From Myxococcota bacterium (GTDB lineage: Bacteria; Myxococcota_A; UBA796; CAJQPC01), in NCBI GenBank assembly GCA_036229005.1, contig JAZAMN010000022.1:1-64000 (forward strand): DNA of 64,000 nucleotides, read 5' to 3'. A program made the translations under genes and the position numbers. The notes below the pieces were generated by a model. It was not told where the DNA came from and made no database searches. It was given only the letters and a program-made list of their open reading frames with translations. Shown here piece after piece: positions 49,001 to 59,368 of this stretch. How positions within the stretch are numbered: position 1 is the first letter of the stretch; each line of letters starts with the position of its first letter.

Positions 49001-50100
49001 CCGCGCTGGACTGCAGCAGCGCCGGGAGCGCGGACGCCGCGGCCCCTGACGGGGACTGCGATGACCTCGCCGCCGCCATCCACCCTGGCGCTACGGAGGT
49101 CCTCGCCGATGGGACGGACTCCGACTGCGATGGGCTGGAGCTCTGCTGGGTGGACGATGATGGGGACGGATTCCAGGCGGGCGATCAGACCCTCTCGGCC
49201 TCCCTGGACTGCAGCGACGCAGGGATCGCCGGGAGCGCCGCGGGCGCCGGAGACTGCGACGACACGGACCCCGCCATCCACCCGGGCGCCACCGAGGGCA
49301 TCGGGGACGGCGTGGACTCGGACTGCGACGGCGGCGAGCTCTGCTACGTGGACGCCGACAGCGACGGCTACCACGACGGGATCACCGCGGCGGGCCCCTT
49401 GGGCTGCGGCGATGCGGGCCTGCTCAGCGGCAGCGCGCCAGGGGACGACTGCGACGACAGCGACCCCGCCTTCCACCCCGGCGCCGACGAGTCGGACTGC
49501 ACCGATCCCAACGACTACAACTGCGATGGCTCGGTCCAGTACGCCGACGACGACAGCGACGGCTGGCCCGCCTGCACCGAGTGCGACGACCAGGATCCCG
49601 ACGTCCACCCCGACGCCGACGAGCTCTGCGACGGGATCGACAACGACTGCGATGGCACCGTCGACAACGACGACGCCCTGGACGCCGGGGTCTGGTACGA
49701 GGACGGGGACGGGGATGGCTTCGGGCTGGACGGGTACACCACCCAGGCCTGCTTGGTGCCCTCCGGCTACTCCGAGCTGCCTGGCGACTGCGAGGACACC
49801 GACTCCACGATCCACCCTGACGCCCTCGAGATCTGCGGCGACGGCGTGGACAACGACTGCGACGGTGCGGGGGGCCCCGACGACGACGAGGACGGCGACA
49901 CCCTGAGCTGGACCCAGGAGCAGGACCTGGGCACCGACCCCTGCGACCCCGACACGGACGACGACGGACGCAGCGACGCCGACGACAGGCGGCCGGTGGG
50001 CTGTGAAGGCTGCGCCAGCTCGGGATCCGGCGCGCCAGGGGGCTGGATGGCCGGCGTGGTGCTGCTCGGCGTGCTGCTCAGACGCCGCCGCCGGGCCTGA
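46030..50100 (+). CDS. Large surface protein: FG-GAP/integrin-like propeller, 13 MopE-like repeats, MYXO-CTERM-like tail
   Basis: GDFNDDSYPDLVVSAP, GDVNGDGVEDL; repeated DCDDxDAxxxPGAxExxxDGxDxDCDG; ends GCASSG...GWMAGVVLLGVLLRRRRRA. Confidence 0.88.
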   Translation: MVRAKGSVVVGISGLLPVVLGCSPSPETQRDSRATVRQKDLADTQVTLQPTASAASDRFGRALASGDFNDDSYPDLVVSAPGLGSGGLLYLYEGTVSGLDLVTEHTFSTTGSIGLGYGLSAGGDVNGDGVEDLAATETGDSTQEQVYLFLGSTTAGLVADQAIQPSDWVYGDSFKVPALGADLDGDGYGDLAVGALTADATYTDQGAVYVYYGSATGVVAASELKLTDQANPWTSAYYGTAVAMGPDSDGDGYDELYVGRPWLGTSAVYIYNGSTTGVSASSYASLTGNGTAVSHGGSISFADIDGDGLTDLLVGDQNAGSYGSVGGGGQIYTYFGSATGYSDTNHQTAGSCYYRCDYAEHIAGLGDVDGDGYGDALASYLSTSIGSSGSTAPSFYLHYGTATGLAQSGTLLDTSGGSFGNAWASEDFDGDGLMDPALGWFGQASWSATDPGWVNLYTGSNRTWYPDLDGDGYGDESAGVESATPPSGYIEDGTDCDDSDATTYPGATEVVADGVDNNCDGYEKCKEDRDQDGYAEYRGEVTSSDLDCTDPGEGDSSMPRTDCDDGDASINPGATDHPADGIDQDCDGQELCYEDLDGDGFGTDAGTTLSSADLDCEDSGESGTDDDCDDSDASIHPDATEGFADGVDQDCDGIEFCYTDADGDGHSALLESSDDDCDDAGESYTASGSLDCDDSDASVYPGAAETVGDGIDQDCDDADACYVDLDGDGYGDGLVDSNSAACSDSGEALVDGDCDDADASVNPGATEAAADGVDQDCDGFELCYLDSDGDGYAAGDTVADSDLACGSAGSATVADQDCDDSDAAVNPAAAEIAGDGVDQDCDGTEDCYDDADGDGVAGSTLIQAEDLSCGAYSTTAGADCDDSDSDAFPGATEAVADGVDQDCDGGDTCYADGDGDGFVDGTVTSADLDCTDSGEAASSSTTDCDDADASVYPGAPEAVGDGVDSDCDSAELCYVDADGDGYRVSDTVSDAALDCSSAGSADAAAPDGDCDDLAAAIHPGATEVLADGTDSDCDGLELCWVDDDGDGFQAGDQTLSASLDCSDAGIAGSAAGAGDCDDTDPAIHPGATEGIGDGVDSDCDGGELCYVDADSDGYHDGITAAGPLGCGDAGLLSGSAPGDDCDDSDPAFHPGADESDCTDPNDYNCDGSVQYADDDSDGWPACTECDDQDPDVHPDADELCDGIDNDCDGTVDNDDALDAGVWYEDGDGDGFGLDGYTTQACLVPSGYSELPGDCEDTDSTIHPDALEICGDGVDNDCDGAGGPDDDEDGDTLSWTQEQDLGTDPCDPDTDDDGRSDADDRRPVGCEGCASSGSGAPGGWMAGVVLLGVLLRRRRRA

Positions 50101-50205
50101 GTCCCGCGCACCTCTGCAACGCAGCACTGCCTATGGAAGCCCACCCTCAAACCCGTTAGGGACCGCTCCCGCCGCAGGCACGCAGCGGACCCGCCCGGAG
50201 GCACC

Positions 50206-51129
50206 ATGGCAGGCCGCAAGCCGCCTTGGCTCAAGGTCAAGTTCCCCTCAGGCGAGCGCCAGGCTCGCTTCGCGCGCATCAAGAGCCGGGCCCGCGAGCT
50301 CAAGCTCCACACCGTGTGCGAAGAGGCCCAGTGCCCCAACCAGGGCGAGTGCTGGGGCGGAGGCACCGCCACCTTCATGGTGATGGGCGACATCTGCACC
50401 CGCGGCTGCCGCTTCTGCGCCGTGAACACCCGCCGCAACGGCCCCCCTCTGGACCCCGACGAGCCCGCCAACGTCGCCTCCGCCATCGCCGAGATGCAGC
50501 TTGACTACGTGGTCCTCACCAGCGTCAACCGCGACGACCTGGACGACCAGGGCGCCGGGCACTTCGCCGCCTGCATCGAGGCCATCCACACGGCCGCCCC
50601 CGACACCATGGTCGAGGTCCTCACCCCCGACTTCCGGGGCCGCATGGACCTGGTGGATCTGGTGCTGAACGCGCGCCCCACCGTCTACGCGCACAACATC
50701 GAGACCATCGAGCGCCTGCAGCGCCCCGTGCGCGACCCCCGGGCCAACTACAAGCAGTCCATGGACGTGCTGGCCCGGGTCAAGGAGCACGATCCCCGGA
50801 ACTTCTCCAAGTCCTCCATCCAGGTGGGCCTGGGCGAGAAGGAGGCCGAGGTCCTCCAGACCATGCAGGATCTGCGCGACGTCGGGGTGGACTTCCTCAC
50901 CCTGGGGCAGTACCTGCAGCCCACGCAGAAGCACCTCAAGGTCGACGAGTTCATCCCCCCACAGGTCTTTGACTGGTACGCCGAGCGCGGCCGGGAGATG
51001 GGCTTCAAGTACGTGGCCTCCGGTCCCCTGGTCCGGTCCAGCTACAAGGCGGGCGAGTTCTTCATCCGCGAGTTCATCGAAAAGCAGCAGCAGGACCCCA
51101 CCGCATGGCAGAAGCCGCTGGCGCGCTGA
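50206..51129 (+). CDS. lipA: Lipoyl synthase
   Basis: KPPWLK, TVCEEAQCPNQGECW, CTRGCRFC, LVRSSY. Confidence 0.96.
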   Translation: MAGRKPPWLKVKFPSGERQARFARIKSRARELKLHTVCEEAQCPNQGECWGGGTATFMVMGDICTRGCRFCAVNTRRNGPPLDPDEPANVASAIAEMQLDYVVLTSVNRDDLDDQGAGHFAACIEAIHTAAPDTMVEVLTPDFRGRMDLVDLVLNARPTVYAHNIETIERLQRPVRDPRANYKQSMDVLARVKEHDPRNFSKSSIQVGLGEKEAEVLQTMQDLRDVGVDFLTLGQYLQPTQKHLKVDEFIPPQVFDWYAERGREMGFKYVASGPLVRSSYKAGEFFIREFIEKQQQDPTAWQKPLAR

Positions 51130-51998
51130 GCGTCGCCGACTCCATCCGTCAGACCCTCCACGCGGCCATGACCGCCGACCCCAGCGTGCTGGTGTTGGGC
51201 GAGTCCGTGGGCGCTCTGGGCGGCGTCTTCCGCACCACCACCGGGCTTCAGGCCGAGTTTGGGGAGCAGCGGGTCGTGCAGACCCCTCTCTCCGAGTCTG
51301 CAACCCTCGGGCTGGCCCTGGGCCTCGCCATGGGCGGAAAGCGTCCCGTCGTCGAGGTCGTCACGGGCGCCGCCGCGGCCTTCTCCCAGCTCGGTGAGCT
51401 CGCGACCCTCCACGGGGCCGAGTTCCCCCTCCCCGTCGTCCTGCGCGTGCCCCTGGGCGCCCTGCCCGGCGGCGGCCACACGGTCGACATGGTCGGCACC
51501 CTGGTCGGCATGCCCGGCATCCAGGTCCTGGCCCCCAGCCACCCTGCCGACGCCGCGGCCATGCTCCAGCAGGCCCTGGACTCCCAGCGCCCCACCGTGC
51601 TCATCGAGTCCATCCCCTGCTACGCGGAGCGGGCGAGCAAGCCGGCTGGTGCCCCCGGAAAGGCCGTGGTGCACCGCTCTGGCCGGGACCTCACCCTGCT
51701 CAGCTTCGGCGCCGCCGTCTCCACCTGCGAGGACATCGCGGCCAGCTCCGAGCACGATCTGGGCGTGGTCGACCTCCGCAGCCTGAGCCCCCTGGACACC
51801 GAGACCCTGGCCGCCGAGCTCCGCCGCTCCGGCCGGGCCATCCTGGTGCACCCCAGCCTGGTGGACGACACCCTGTCCCGGAACCTCCTGGCCCAGGTCA
51901 CCCAGGCCGCCTTCCTCTACCTGGAGTCGCCCCCGACGGCCGTCACCGCGGATCCCGCGGCGCTGTCCCAGGCCATCTCCGCATCCCTGCGTTTCTAA
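51105..51998 (+). CDS. Divergent 2-oxoacid dehydrogenase E1 beta-like protein
   Basis: LGESV..LGGVFRTTTGL..EFG..RV..TPLSE, PVVLRVP, VDLRSLSPLD; EIQF and HSQ motifs altered. Confidence 0.8.
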   Translation: MAEAAGALSVADSIRQTLHAAMTADPSVLVLGESVGALGGVFRTTTGLQAEFGEQRVVQTPLSESATLGLALGLAMGGKRPVVEVVTGAAAAFSQLGELATLHGAEFPLPVVLRVPLGALPGGGHTVDMVGTLVGMPGIQVLAPSHPADAAAMLQQALDSQRPTVLIESIPCYAERASKPAGAPGKAVVHRSGRDLTLLSFGAAVSTCEDIAASSEHDLGVVDLRSLSPLDTETLAAELRRSGRAILVHPSLVDDTLSRNLLAQVTQAAFLYLESPPTAVTADPAALSQAISASLRF

Positions 51999-52007
51999 GG
52001 AGTCTGC

Positions 52008-53270
52008 GTGTACACCTTCGAGCTTCCTGAGATCGGCGAAGGCGTCGTCGAGGGCGAGATCGTCCAGTGGCTGGTGCAGCCCGGCGACGTGATCGCCGTG
52101 GACCAGCCCGTCTGCGAGATCATGACCGACAAGGCCACCGTCGAGATCTCCTCGCCGGTGGGCGGCCGCATCCAGAGCCTCCACGGGGAGCCCGGTGATG
52201 TGGTGAAGGTCCACACCCCGCTGGCCGAGATCGACGACGGCGCCGCTGGAGCCGCCCCCGCAGCCCCTGCGCCCGCCCCGGCCCCCAAGGCGGCTGCCCC
52301 CGCTCCCGCAGCCCCCGCGCCCAAGGCCGCCCCGGCTCCTGCAGCGCAGGCTACCGCTCCCGCGGCCCCCGCCCCCACCTCCACCGGCAAGTCCGTCGCC
52401 ACCCCCGCCGTGCGTCGCCGGGCCCGCGAGATGGGCGTGGACCTGGCCCAGGTCCCCGGCTCCGGCAAGGGTGGCCGCGTCCTGCACCAGGACCTGGACG
52501 GCTTCAACGCCGGCGCCGAGGCCGTCGCTCCCGTGGCCTTGCCCCAGTCCAAGGCCGTCGCAACCGGCGCCGAAGAGCACATCAAGATCATCGGCCTGCG
52601 CCGCAAGATCGCCGAGCAGATGGTGCGCGCCAAGCAGACCGCCCCCCACTTCACCTACGTCGAGGAGATCGACGTCACGGAGCTGTGGGCCCTGCGCAAG
52701 AAGCTCAAGGGCAAGGCCGCCGAGCGCGGCGTGAAGCTCACCTTCCTGCCCTTCTTCATGAAGGCCCTCACCCAGGTGTTCAAGGAATTCCCCAACCTGA
52801 ACGCCAACGTGATCGAGGACCCCTTCACCCTGGTGGTCAAGGGCGACGTCAACATCGGCATCGCCACCGACACCCCCCAGGGTCTGTTCGTGCCCGTCGT
52901 GCACAACGTCGAGCAGAAGAGCATCCTGGAGATCGCCGCCGAGCTGGGCGCGCTGACCGAGCGCGTGCGCAACGGCAAGGGCACCCAGGCCGACTTCTCC
53001 GGCGGCACCTTCACCATCACCTCCGTCGGCAACATCGGCGGCGTGCTGGCCACCCCCATCCTGAACATCCCGGAGGTCGCCATCCTGGGCGTCAACCAGA
53101 TCAAGGATCGGGCCGTGGTGATCGACGGTGAGATCAAGGTCCGCAAGATGGTCTACTTCTCGCCCAGCTTCGACCACCGCATCATCGACGGCGCCGTGGC
53201 GGCCCGCTTCACCTCGGCCCTCAAGGCCCTGCTGGAGAGCCCCGAGTCCATGCTGCTGGAGCTGGTCTGA
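52008..53270 (+). CDS. Dihydrolipoamide acyltransferase (E2)
   Basis: Lipoyl domain TDKA, Ala/Pro linker, ATPAVRRRARE binding domain, FDHRIIDGA catalytic motif. Confidence 0.95.
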   Translation: MYTFELPEIGEGVVEGEIVQWLVQPGDVIAVDQPVCEIMTDKATVEISSPVGGRIQSLHGEPGDVVKVHTPLAEIDDGAAGAAPAAPAPAPAPKAAAPAPAAPAPKAAPAPAAQATAPAAPAPTSTGKSVATPAVRRRAREMGVDLAQVPGSGKGGRVLHQDLDGFNAGAEAVAPVALPQSKAVATGAEEHIKIIGLRRKIAEQMVRAKQTAPHFTYVEEIDVTELWALRKKLKGKAAERGVKLTFLPFFMKALTQVFKEFPNLNANVIEDPFTLVVKGDVNIGIATDTPQGLFVPVVHNVEQKSILEIAAELGALTERVRNGKGTQADFSGGTFTITSVGNIGGVLATPILNIPEVAILGVNQIKDRAVVIDGEIKVRKMVYFSPSFDHRIIDGAVAARFTSALKALLESPESMLLELV

Positions 53271-53953
53271 TGAGCATGCGCCAGGCCCTCAGTCAGGTCC
53301 GCGATGCTGGCCAGGCCCTCGCCGAGACCGGCGCGCTGGCCACCCCGGTCCAGGGCCTGGAGGCCGTCATCGTGGGCGGCTTCTCCGGCATGTCCTCCAA
53401 GGACTGGATCGTGCCGGGCCTGCGCGAGCGCGCTGGCGCCGTCCTGCGCGGCTGCTCCGTCGAGCGCCTCCAGGCCCCCCACGCCGGCGCCCGCCCCTAC
53501 CGCATCGCCCCGGTGTCCGCCGACCCCGCCGCCCGCATGCTGCACGCCTGCGGCCTGGCCATGGCCATGCGCGACCAGGACCTCTCGGTCCTCTGCTTCG
53601 TCGGCCAGGGCAGCGCCTCCTACGGCGCCTTCCACGAGGCCATGAACATGGCCGTCCTGCACCGCCTGCCCGTGGTCTTCCTGGCCCACCACTGGGACCT
53701 GGACGACCCCGAGAGCCCCCTGAGCCCCCAGGTCGCCGGGTCCATGCAGGGCCTCGCCCTGGCTCACGGACTGCGCCCCCACTCGGTGGACGGCGGCCTC
53801 GTGACCGAGGTGCTCAGCGCCGTCGCCGAGGCCCGCGCCCACAGCGGCCCCTCCTTCATCGAGGCCCGCTTGCTCCGCGGCGAGGACCCCCTGCGCCGCG
53901 CCTACGACGAGCTCACCGAGAACGAGCCCGCCGCCTCCAACCAGCTTTCCTGA
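53270..53953 (+). CDS. Short, degenerate 2-oxoacid dehydrogenase E1 alpha-like protein
   Basis: GLEA, DWIVPGLRE, VGQGSASYGAFHEAMNMA..RLPVVF, VDG, GPSFIEA; only 227 aa. Confidence 0.8.
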   Translation: MSMRQALSQVRDAGQALAETGALATPVQGLEAVIVGGFSGMSSKDWIVPGLRERAGAVLRGCSVERLQAPHAGARPYRIAPVSADPAARMLHACGLAMAMRDQDLSVLCFVGQGSASYGAFHEAMNMAVLHRLPVVFLAHHWDLDDPESPLSPQVAGSMQGLALAHGLRPHSVDGGLVTEVLSAVAEARAHSGPSFIEARLLRGEDPLRRAYDELTENEPAASNQLS

Positions 53954-53986
53954 ATCCCCCCCGAAATTCGCCCAACGGAGTTCCTC

Positions 53987-55407
<1,421 letters not shown>

Positions 55408-55411
<4 letters not shown>

Positions 55412-56022
55412 TCGCAGAGACCGATGGCGCCCGCGGGCGCTTCATCGTCATCGAGGGCCTGGACGGCAGCGGCGGCACCACCCAGGTGCGGCTGCTGTCC
55501 CAGGCCCTCGCCGCGACGGCCACACGCGAGCCCACCGATGGCCCCATCGGCAAGCTCATCCGGCAGTCTCTGGCCGAGCCCATGCTCCTGGGCGACGGGG
55601 TGCTCCCCTACCTGTTCGCGGCGGACCGCAAGGACCACCTCGAGCGCCTCATCGAGCCCAAGCTCGCCGCCGGCGTGGACGTGGTCAGCGACCGCTACCT
55701 GCACAGCTCCCTGGCCTACCAGTCCCTGGCCATGCCCTTCGAGCAGGTATTCGCCTTGAACGCCGACTTTCGAGCGCCAGACCTCTGCGTGATGCTGGAG
55801 CTCCCCGTGGCCCAGTGCCTGGAGCGCATCGAGGCCCGCGGCCAGGCCCGCGACCGCTTCGAGACCGAGAAGCAGCTCGTCGCCATCTCCGAGCAGTACG
55901 AGCGCGTGCTGGCCCACCTGGAGGCCCGCGGCGATCGCATCCTGCGCTTGGACGCCAGCCAGAGCATCAAGGCCCTGCACAAGCAGATCCTGGACGCCGT
56001 CCAGTCTCTCAAGGGGGGCTGA
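55408..56022 (+). CDS. tmk: Thymidylate kinase
   Basis: FIVIEGLDGSGGTTQ, TREPT, FAADR, SDRY..SSLAYQ; note the P-loop reads GGTT rather than GK(S/T)T. Confidence 0.85.
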
Positions 56023-56025
56023 GCG

Positions 56026-56643
56026 GTGCGCGTGGTGGACCTGGGTCGGCAGCCCTACCGTCAGACATGGGAGCTGCAGAAGCAGGTTCTCGCGGAGCGC
56101 ATCCAGGGCGCCGGCGAGGACACCCTGCTGCTGGTCGAGCACGAGCCCGTGTTCACCCTGGGCCGCGCCCGCTCCAGCCTGCAGCACGTGTTGGATCCCG
56201 GGGACGCCGAGGTCATCCAGATCGAGCGCGGCGGCGACGTCACCTGGCACGGCCCCGGCCAGCTCGTGGTCTACCCCATCGTGGCCCTGCCCCCGGGCCG
56301 CCAGGACCTGCACCGGCACCTGAGCGATCTGGAGCAGGCCGTCATCGACACCTGCGCGGACTTTGGCCTGGAGACCGGCCGCAACGAGCGGAACACCGGG
56401 GTGTGGGTCGGCGACCGCAAGCTCGCCAGCATCGGGATCCACTGCCGCCGCTGGGTGACCTGGCACGGGCTGGCCCTGAACGTGGCCCCGGACATGGCCT
56501 GGTTCGACCGCATCGTGGCCTGCGGGCTGGAGGGCGTACGCATGACCTCGCTGGCGGAGCAGTTGTCGTCGGGGTGTCCGGACATGCATCAGGTCAAGGG
56601 GTGCATCGTGACGCACCTGCAGCGCCTGCTCCCCTCTCCTTGA
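56026..56643 (+). CDS. lipB: Lipoyl(octanoyl) transferase
   Basis: EHEPVFTLGR, RGGDVTWHGPGQLVVYP, KLASIGI, HGLALN, IVACG. Confidence 0.95.
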   Translation: MRVVDLGRQPYRQTWELQKQVLAERIQGAGEDTLLLVEHEPVFTLGRARSSLQHVLDPGDAEVIQIERGGDVTWHGPGQLVVYPIVALPPGRQDLHRHLSDLEQAVIDTCADFGLETGRNERNTGVWVGDRKLASIGIHCRRWVTWHGLALNVAPDMAWFDRIVACGLEGVRMTSLAEQLSSGCPDMHQVKGCIVTHLQRLLPSP

Positions 56644-56691
56644 CTGGGCCTCTCAGGGGGCTATTTCTGGCCCCCCGCAGGAGACCCTCAG

Positions 56692-58026
56692 ATGCTGGAC
56701 CCCAAGTTCGTCGAGAACAACCCGGAGCAGGTTCGCGCCGCTCTGGAGCGCCGCAACGCCACCGAGAAGCAGCTCGCCGCCTTCGAGGCTGTCGCTGAGC
56801 TCAACGAGCGCCGCCGGTCCCTGATCCAGAAGGCGGAAGAGGGCCGCGCCACCCGCAACCAGCTCAGCCCCCAGATCGGGCAGCTCATGAAGGCCGGCAA
56901 GCGGGACGAGGCCACCGCCCTCAAGGCCCAGGTCAAGGAGGCCAGCGAGGCCACCAAGGCCGCCGAGGAGGCTCTGGAGGCCCTGGAGACCGAGCGCACC
57001 CAGCACCTGCTGGAGATCCCCAACCTGGTCGACGCGCGGGTCCCCGCCGGCAAGGGCGAGGAGGACAACGAGCAGGTGCGCACCTGGGGCACCCCCCGCG
57101 AGCTGGACTTCGAGGCCAAGACCCACGACCAGCTCGGCGAGGAGCTGGACATCCTGGACTTCGAGCGGGCCAGCAAGCTCTCGGGCACGCGCTTCGCGGT
57201 CTACAAGGGCCTGGGCGCCCGCCTGGAGCGCGCCCTGGTCAACTTCTTCCTGGACATGCACACCCGGGACCACGGCTACACCGAGCTGATGGTGCCCTAC
57301 ATGGTGCGCAGCTCGGCGCTCTACGGCACCGGCCAGCTCCCCAAGTTCGAGGAGGACCTCTTCAAGCTCAAGCAGCAGCTCGCGGGTGAGGACGCCTACC
57401 TGATCCCCACCGCCGAGGTCCCTGTGACCAACCTCCACCGCGAGGAGATCCTGGAGGAGGAGGAGCTGCCCAAGGCCTACGTCGCGTTCACCCCCTGCTT
57501 CCGCTCGGAGGCCGGCAGCTACGGCCGCGACACCAAGGGCCTGATCCGCCAGCACCAGTTCCACAAGGTCGAGCTGGTGCGGGTCAGCAGCGCAGAAGAC
57601 AGCGACGCCCAGCACGAGCTGCTCACCCAGCACGCCGAGGCTTGTCTGCAGGCCCTGGGGCTGCCCTACCGCGTGATGCGGCTCTGCGGCGGCGACATCA
57701 GCTTCAACGCCCGCCACTGCTACGACCTGGAGGTCTGGCTGCCCGGTCAGAAGGCCTACCGGGAGATCAGCAGCTGCTCCACCTTCGGCGACTTCCAGGC
57801 GCGCCGGATGGGCCTGCGATACCGGCCCGCGCCGGTCCAGGACGCCAAGGGCAAGCTCAAGAAGCAGAAGCCCCAGCTTGCTCACACGATCAACGGATCG
57901 GGTCTGGCGGTTGGCCGCACCGTGGTGGCGATCCTTGAGAATTATCAGCAGCCTGACGGCACAATCGCGATCCCGGATGCACTTCAGAGCTACATGGGCC
58001 TTGCCACCATCCCTGCACCCCATTAA
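56692..58026 (+). CDS. serS: Serine--tRNA ligase
   Basis: [53 protein letters not shown]. Confidence 0.97.
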   Translation: MLDPKFVENNPEQVRAALERRNATEKQLAAFEAVAELNERRRSLIQKAEEGRATRNQLSPQIGQLMKAGKRDEATALKAQVKEASEATKAAEEALEALETERTQHLLEIPNLVDARVPAGKGEEDNEQVRTWGTPRELDFEAKTHDQLGEELDILDFERASKLSGTRFAVYKGLGARLERALVNFFLDMHTRDHGYTELMVPYMVRSSALYGTGQLPKFEEDLFKLKQQLAGEDAYLIPTAEVPVTNLHREEILEEEELPKAYVAFTPCFRSEAGSYGRDTKGLIRQHQFHKVELVRVSSAEDSDAQHELLTQHAEACLQALGLPYRVMRLCGGDISFNARHCYDLEVWLPGQKAYREISSCSTFGDFQARRMGLRYRPAPVQDAKGKLKKQKPQLAHTINGSGLAVGRTVVAILENYQQPDGTIAIPDALQSYMGLATIPAPH

Positions 58027-58045
58027 AAGGCTGGGGCCTCGCCGA

Positions 58046-58130
58046 GGAGGTGTGGCCGAGCGGTTGAAGGCACCGGTCTTGAAAACCGGCAACCCTTCGG
58101 GGTTCGTGGGTTCGAATCCCACCGCCTCCG
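58046..58130 (+). tRNA. tRNA-Ser(TGA), CCA not encoded
   Basis: GGAGGTG acceptor, CCGGT-CT-TGA-AA-ACCGG anticodon arm, long variable arm, GTTCGAATC. Confidence 0.95.
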
Positions 58131-58186
58131 CTTCCCCCGTCTCGGGGACCAAGATCTTTTAAAGCGCTGACTGCAGATGCCTGTTT

Positions 58187-58279
58187 GGAGGCGTGACCGA
58201 GTGGCTGAAGGTGCTTGATTGCTAATCAAGTGTACGGTCAAAAGCTGTACCGAGGGTTCGAATCCCTCCGCCTCCGCCA
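58187..58279 (+). tRNA. tRNA-Ser(GCT), CCA encoded
   Basis: GGAGGCG acceptor, CTTGA-TT-GCT-AA-TCAAG, long variable arm, ends GCCA. Confidence 0.95.
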
Positions 58280-58328
58280 CCTTGGCTCCAACCGGTTATA
58301 CCGGCTTCCGCATCGCAGAAGGCCATAC

Positions 58329-58402
58329 GCACCCATAGCTCAATTGGATAGAGCGTCGGACTACGGATCCGAAGGTTAGGGGTTCGACTCCTCTTGGGTG
58401 TA
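58329..58402 (+). tRNA. tRNA-Arg(ACG), CCA not encoded
   Basis: GCACCCA acceptor, TCGGA-CT-ACG-GA-TCCGA, GGTTCGACTCC. Confidence 0.95.
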
Positions 58403-58406
58403 CTTC

Positions 58407-58446
58407 AAAACCCCCTGGCAGAAATGCCAGGGGGTTTTTTCTTTTT
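58407..58446 (+). terminator. Rho-independent terminator after the tRNA cluster
   Basis: AAAACCCCCTGGCA-GAAA-TGCCAGGGGGTTTTTT. Confidence 0.92.
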
Positions 58447-58584
58447 GGGGTTTGGGATCCGGGGGATGGGATTCGTTCTGCGAAAGGCCCGGTACTCGCT
58501 TTGGGGATTCAGGCTGCACGGGCTTCCGGGCGTCGTCTGACCGCACCCGGCCCCACGGGTCTGTGGGGCCGCTCTGCGGCTACT

Positions 58585-59368
58585 CGTGCGTTGGCCGCCA
58601 GTTCCCCTTGCGCTGTCCGGACAGCCGGGCACAAGGTCCTTTGCAAGAGTCAATCCCGCGTGCCCCCAGCCACAGCACTCAGAGTCGCTTCCGGACCTCC
58701 ATCAGCGCGAACCCCAACAGATTCAGCCCCTTCCACAGCCGGGGATTGTCAGCCCCCTCCGCGGATCTCTCCAGCCCGATGCCCCAAATCCGGTCTTGCG
58801 GGCTGGCTTCCACCAACACCCGGGTTTGGGTATTCCGCAAGAACTCGCCGAGCTCCGGGTTCTGCTTGAACTTGGCCTCGTTCCCCCGGACAACGATGTC
58901 GAACCTGGCGCGCCGCCAAGCCTCCTCGTTGAACCCGCGAACCTCTCGCCCGAGCCGCTTGGCCGCACCAGGGCTCCGCGCCTCCACGATGCGCGCGGCC
59001 ATGCTCTCGTCCGAGAACAGCCTTGCCTTCTCGGCCATCATGAAGTGCTCCGCCGTCCGGTAGTGCACCCCGTCAACAACGAAGGGAGCCCCGTACCATT
59101 GGCTGAGACACTCGGCCCCGACACTGTCCCGCGTGCTCGTGTGCCCCCAGAAGAACAAGTACTTGACGTGCTCGCCCTTCGATACGGCGGCCACCAGCTC
59201 TTCAACAGTCCCGTACATATGCCAACCCACCCGATGCGATTCACGTCTCGAGCATAGCGGGTTCCCGAAGACAGCGCTCCTGCCCTGCTGTTGACCAGCC
59301 AAGGCCCGCACTTCTGATGTTCTCCCCGCTTTGGCTGCAAGGGGCGGGGAACCGGCGGCCAACGCTCG
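58585..59368. repeat. 23-bp inverted repeat pair (58585-58607 / 59346-59368) flanking the NADAR gene
   Basis: CGTGCGTTGGCCGCCAGTTCCCC versus reverse complement CGAGCGTTGGCCGCCGGTTCCCC, 21/23 identical. Confidence 0.75.
58679..59218 (-). CDS. NADAR (YbiA-like) family protein
   Basis: CLSQWY..PF..DG..Y.TAEHFMMAEKA, AKRLGR, KFKQN, LVEASPQDRIWGIG, GLNLLG..LM. Confidence 0.92.
   Translation of the reverse strand: MYGTVEELVAAVSKGEHVKYLFFWGHTSTRDSVGAECLSQWYGAPFVVDGVHYRTAEHFMMAEKARLFSDESMAARIVEARSPGAAKRLGREVRGFNEEAWRRARFDIVVRGNEAKFKQNPELGEFLRNTQTRVLVEASPQDRIWGIGLERSAEGADNPRLWKGLNLLGFALMEVRKRL

Noticed and set aside
56692..58402. serS next to two tRNA-Ser genes as a recoding or selenocysteine system
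   Set aside because: Anticodons are ordinary TGA (reads UCA), GCT and ACG; no sel genes
58510..58600. Canonical integron attC site
   Set aside because: A hairpin and one GTTGGCC core are present, but no matching partner core at the right spacing and no intI; kept only as a weak hypothesis
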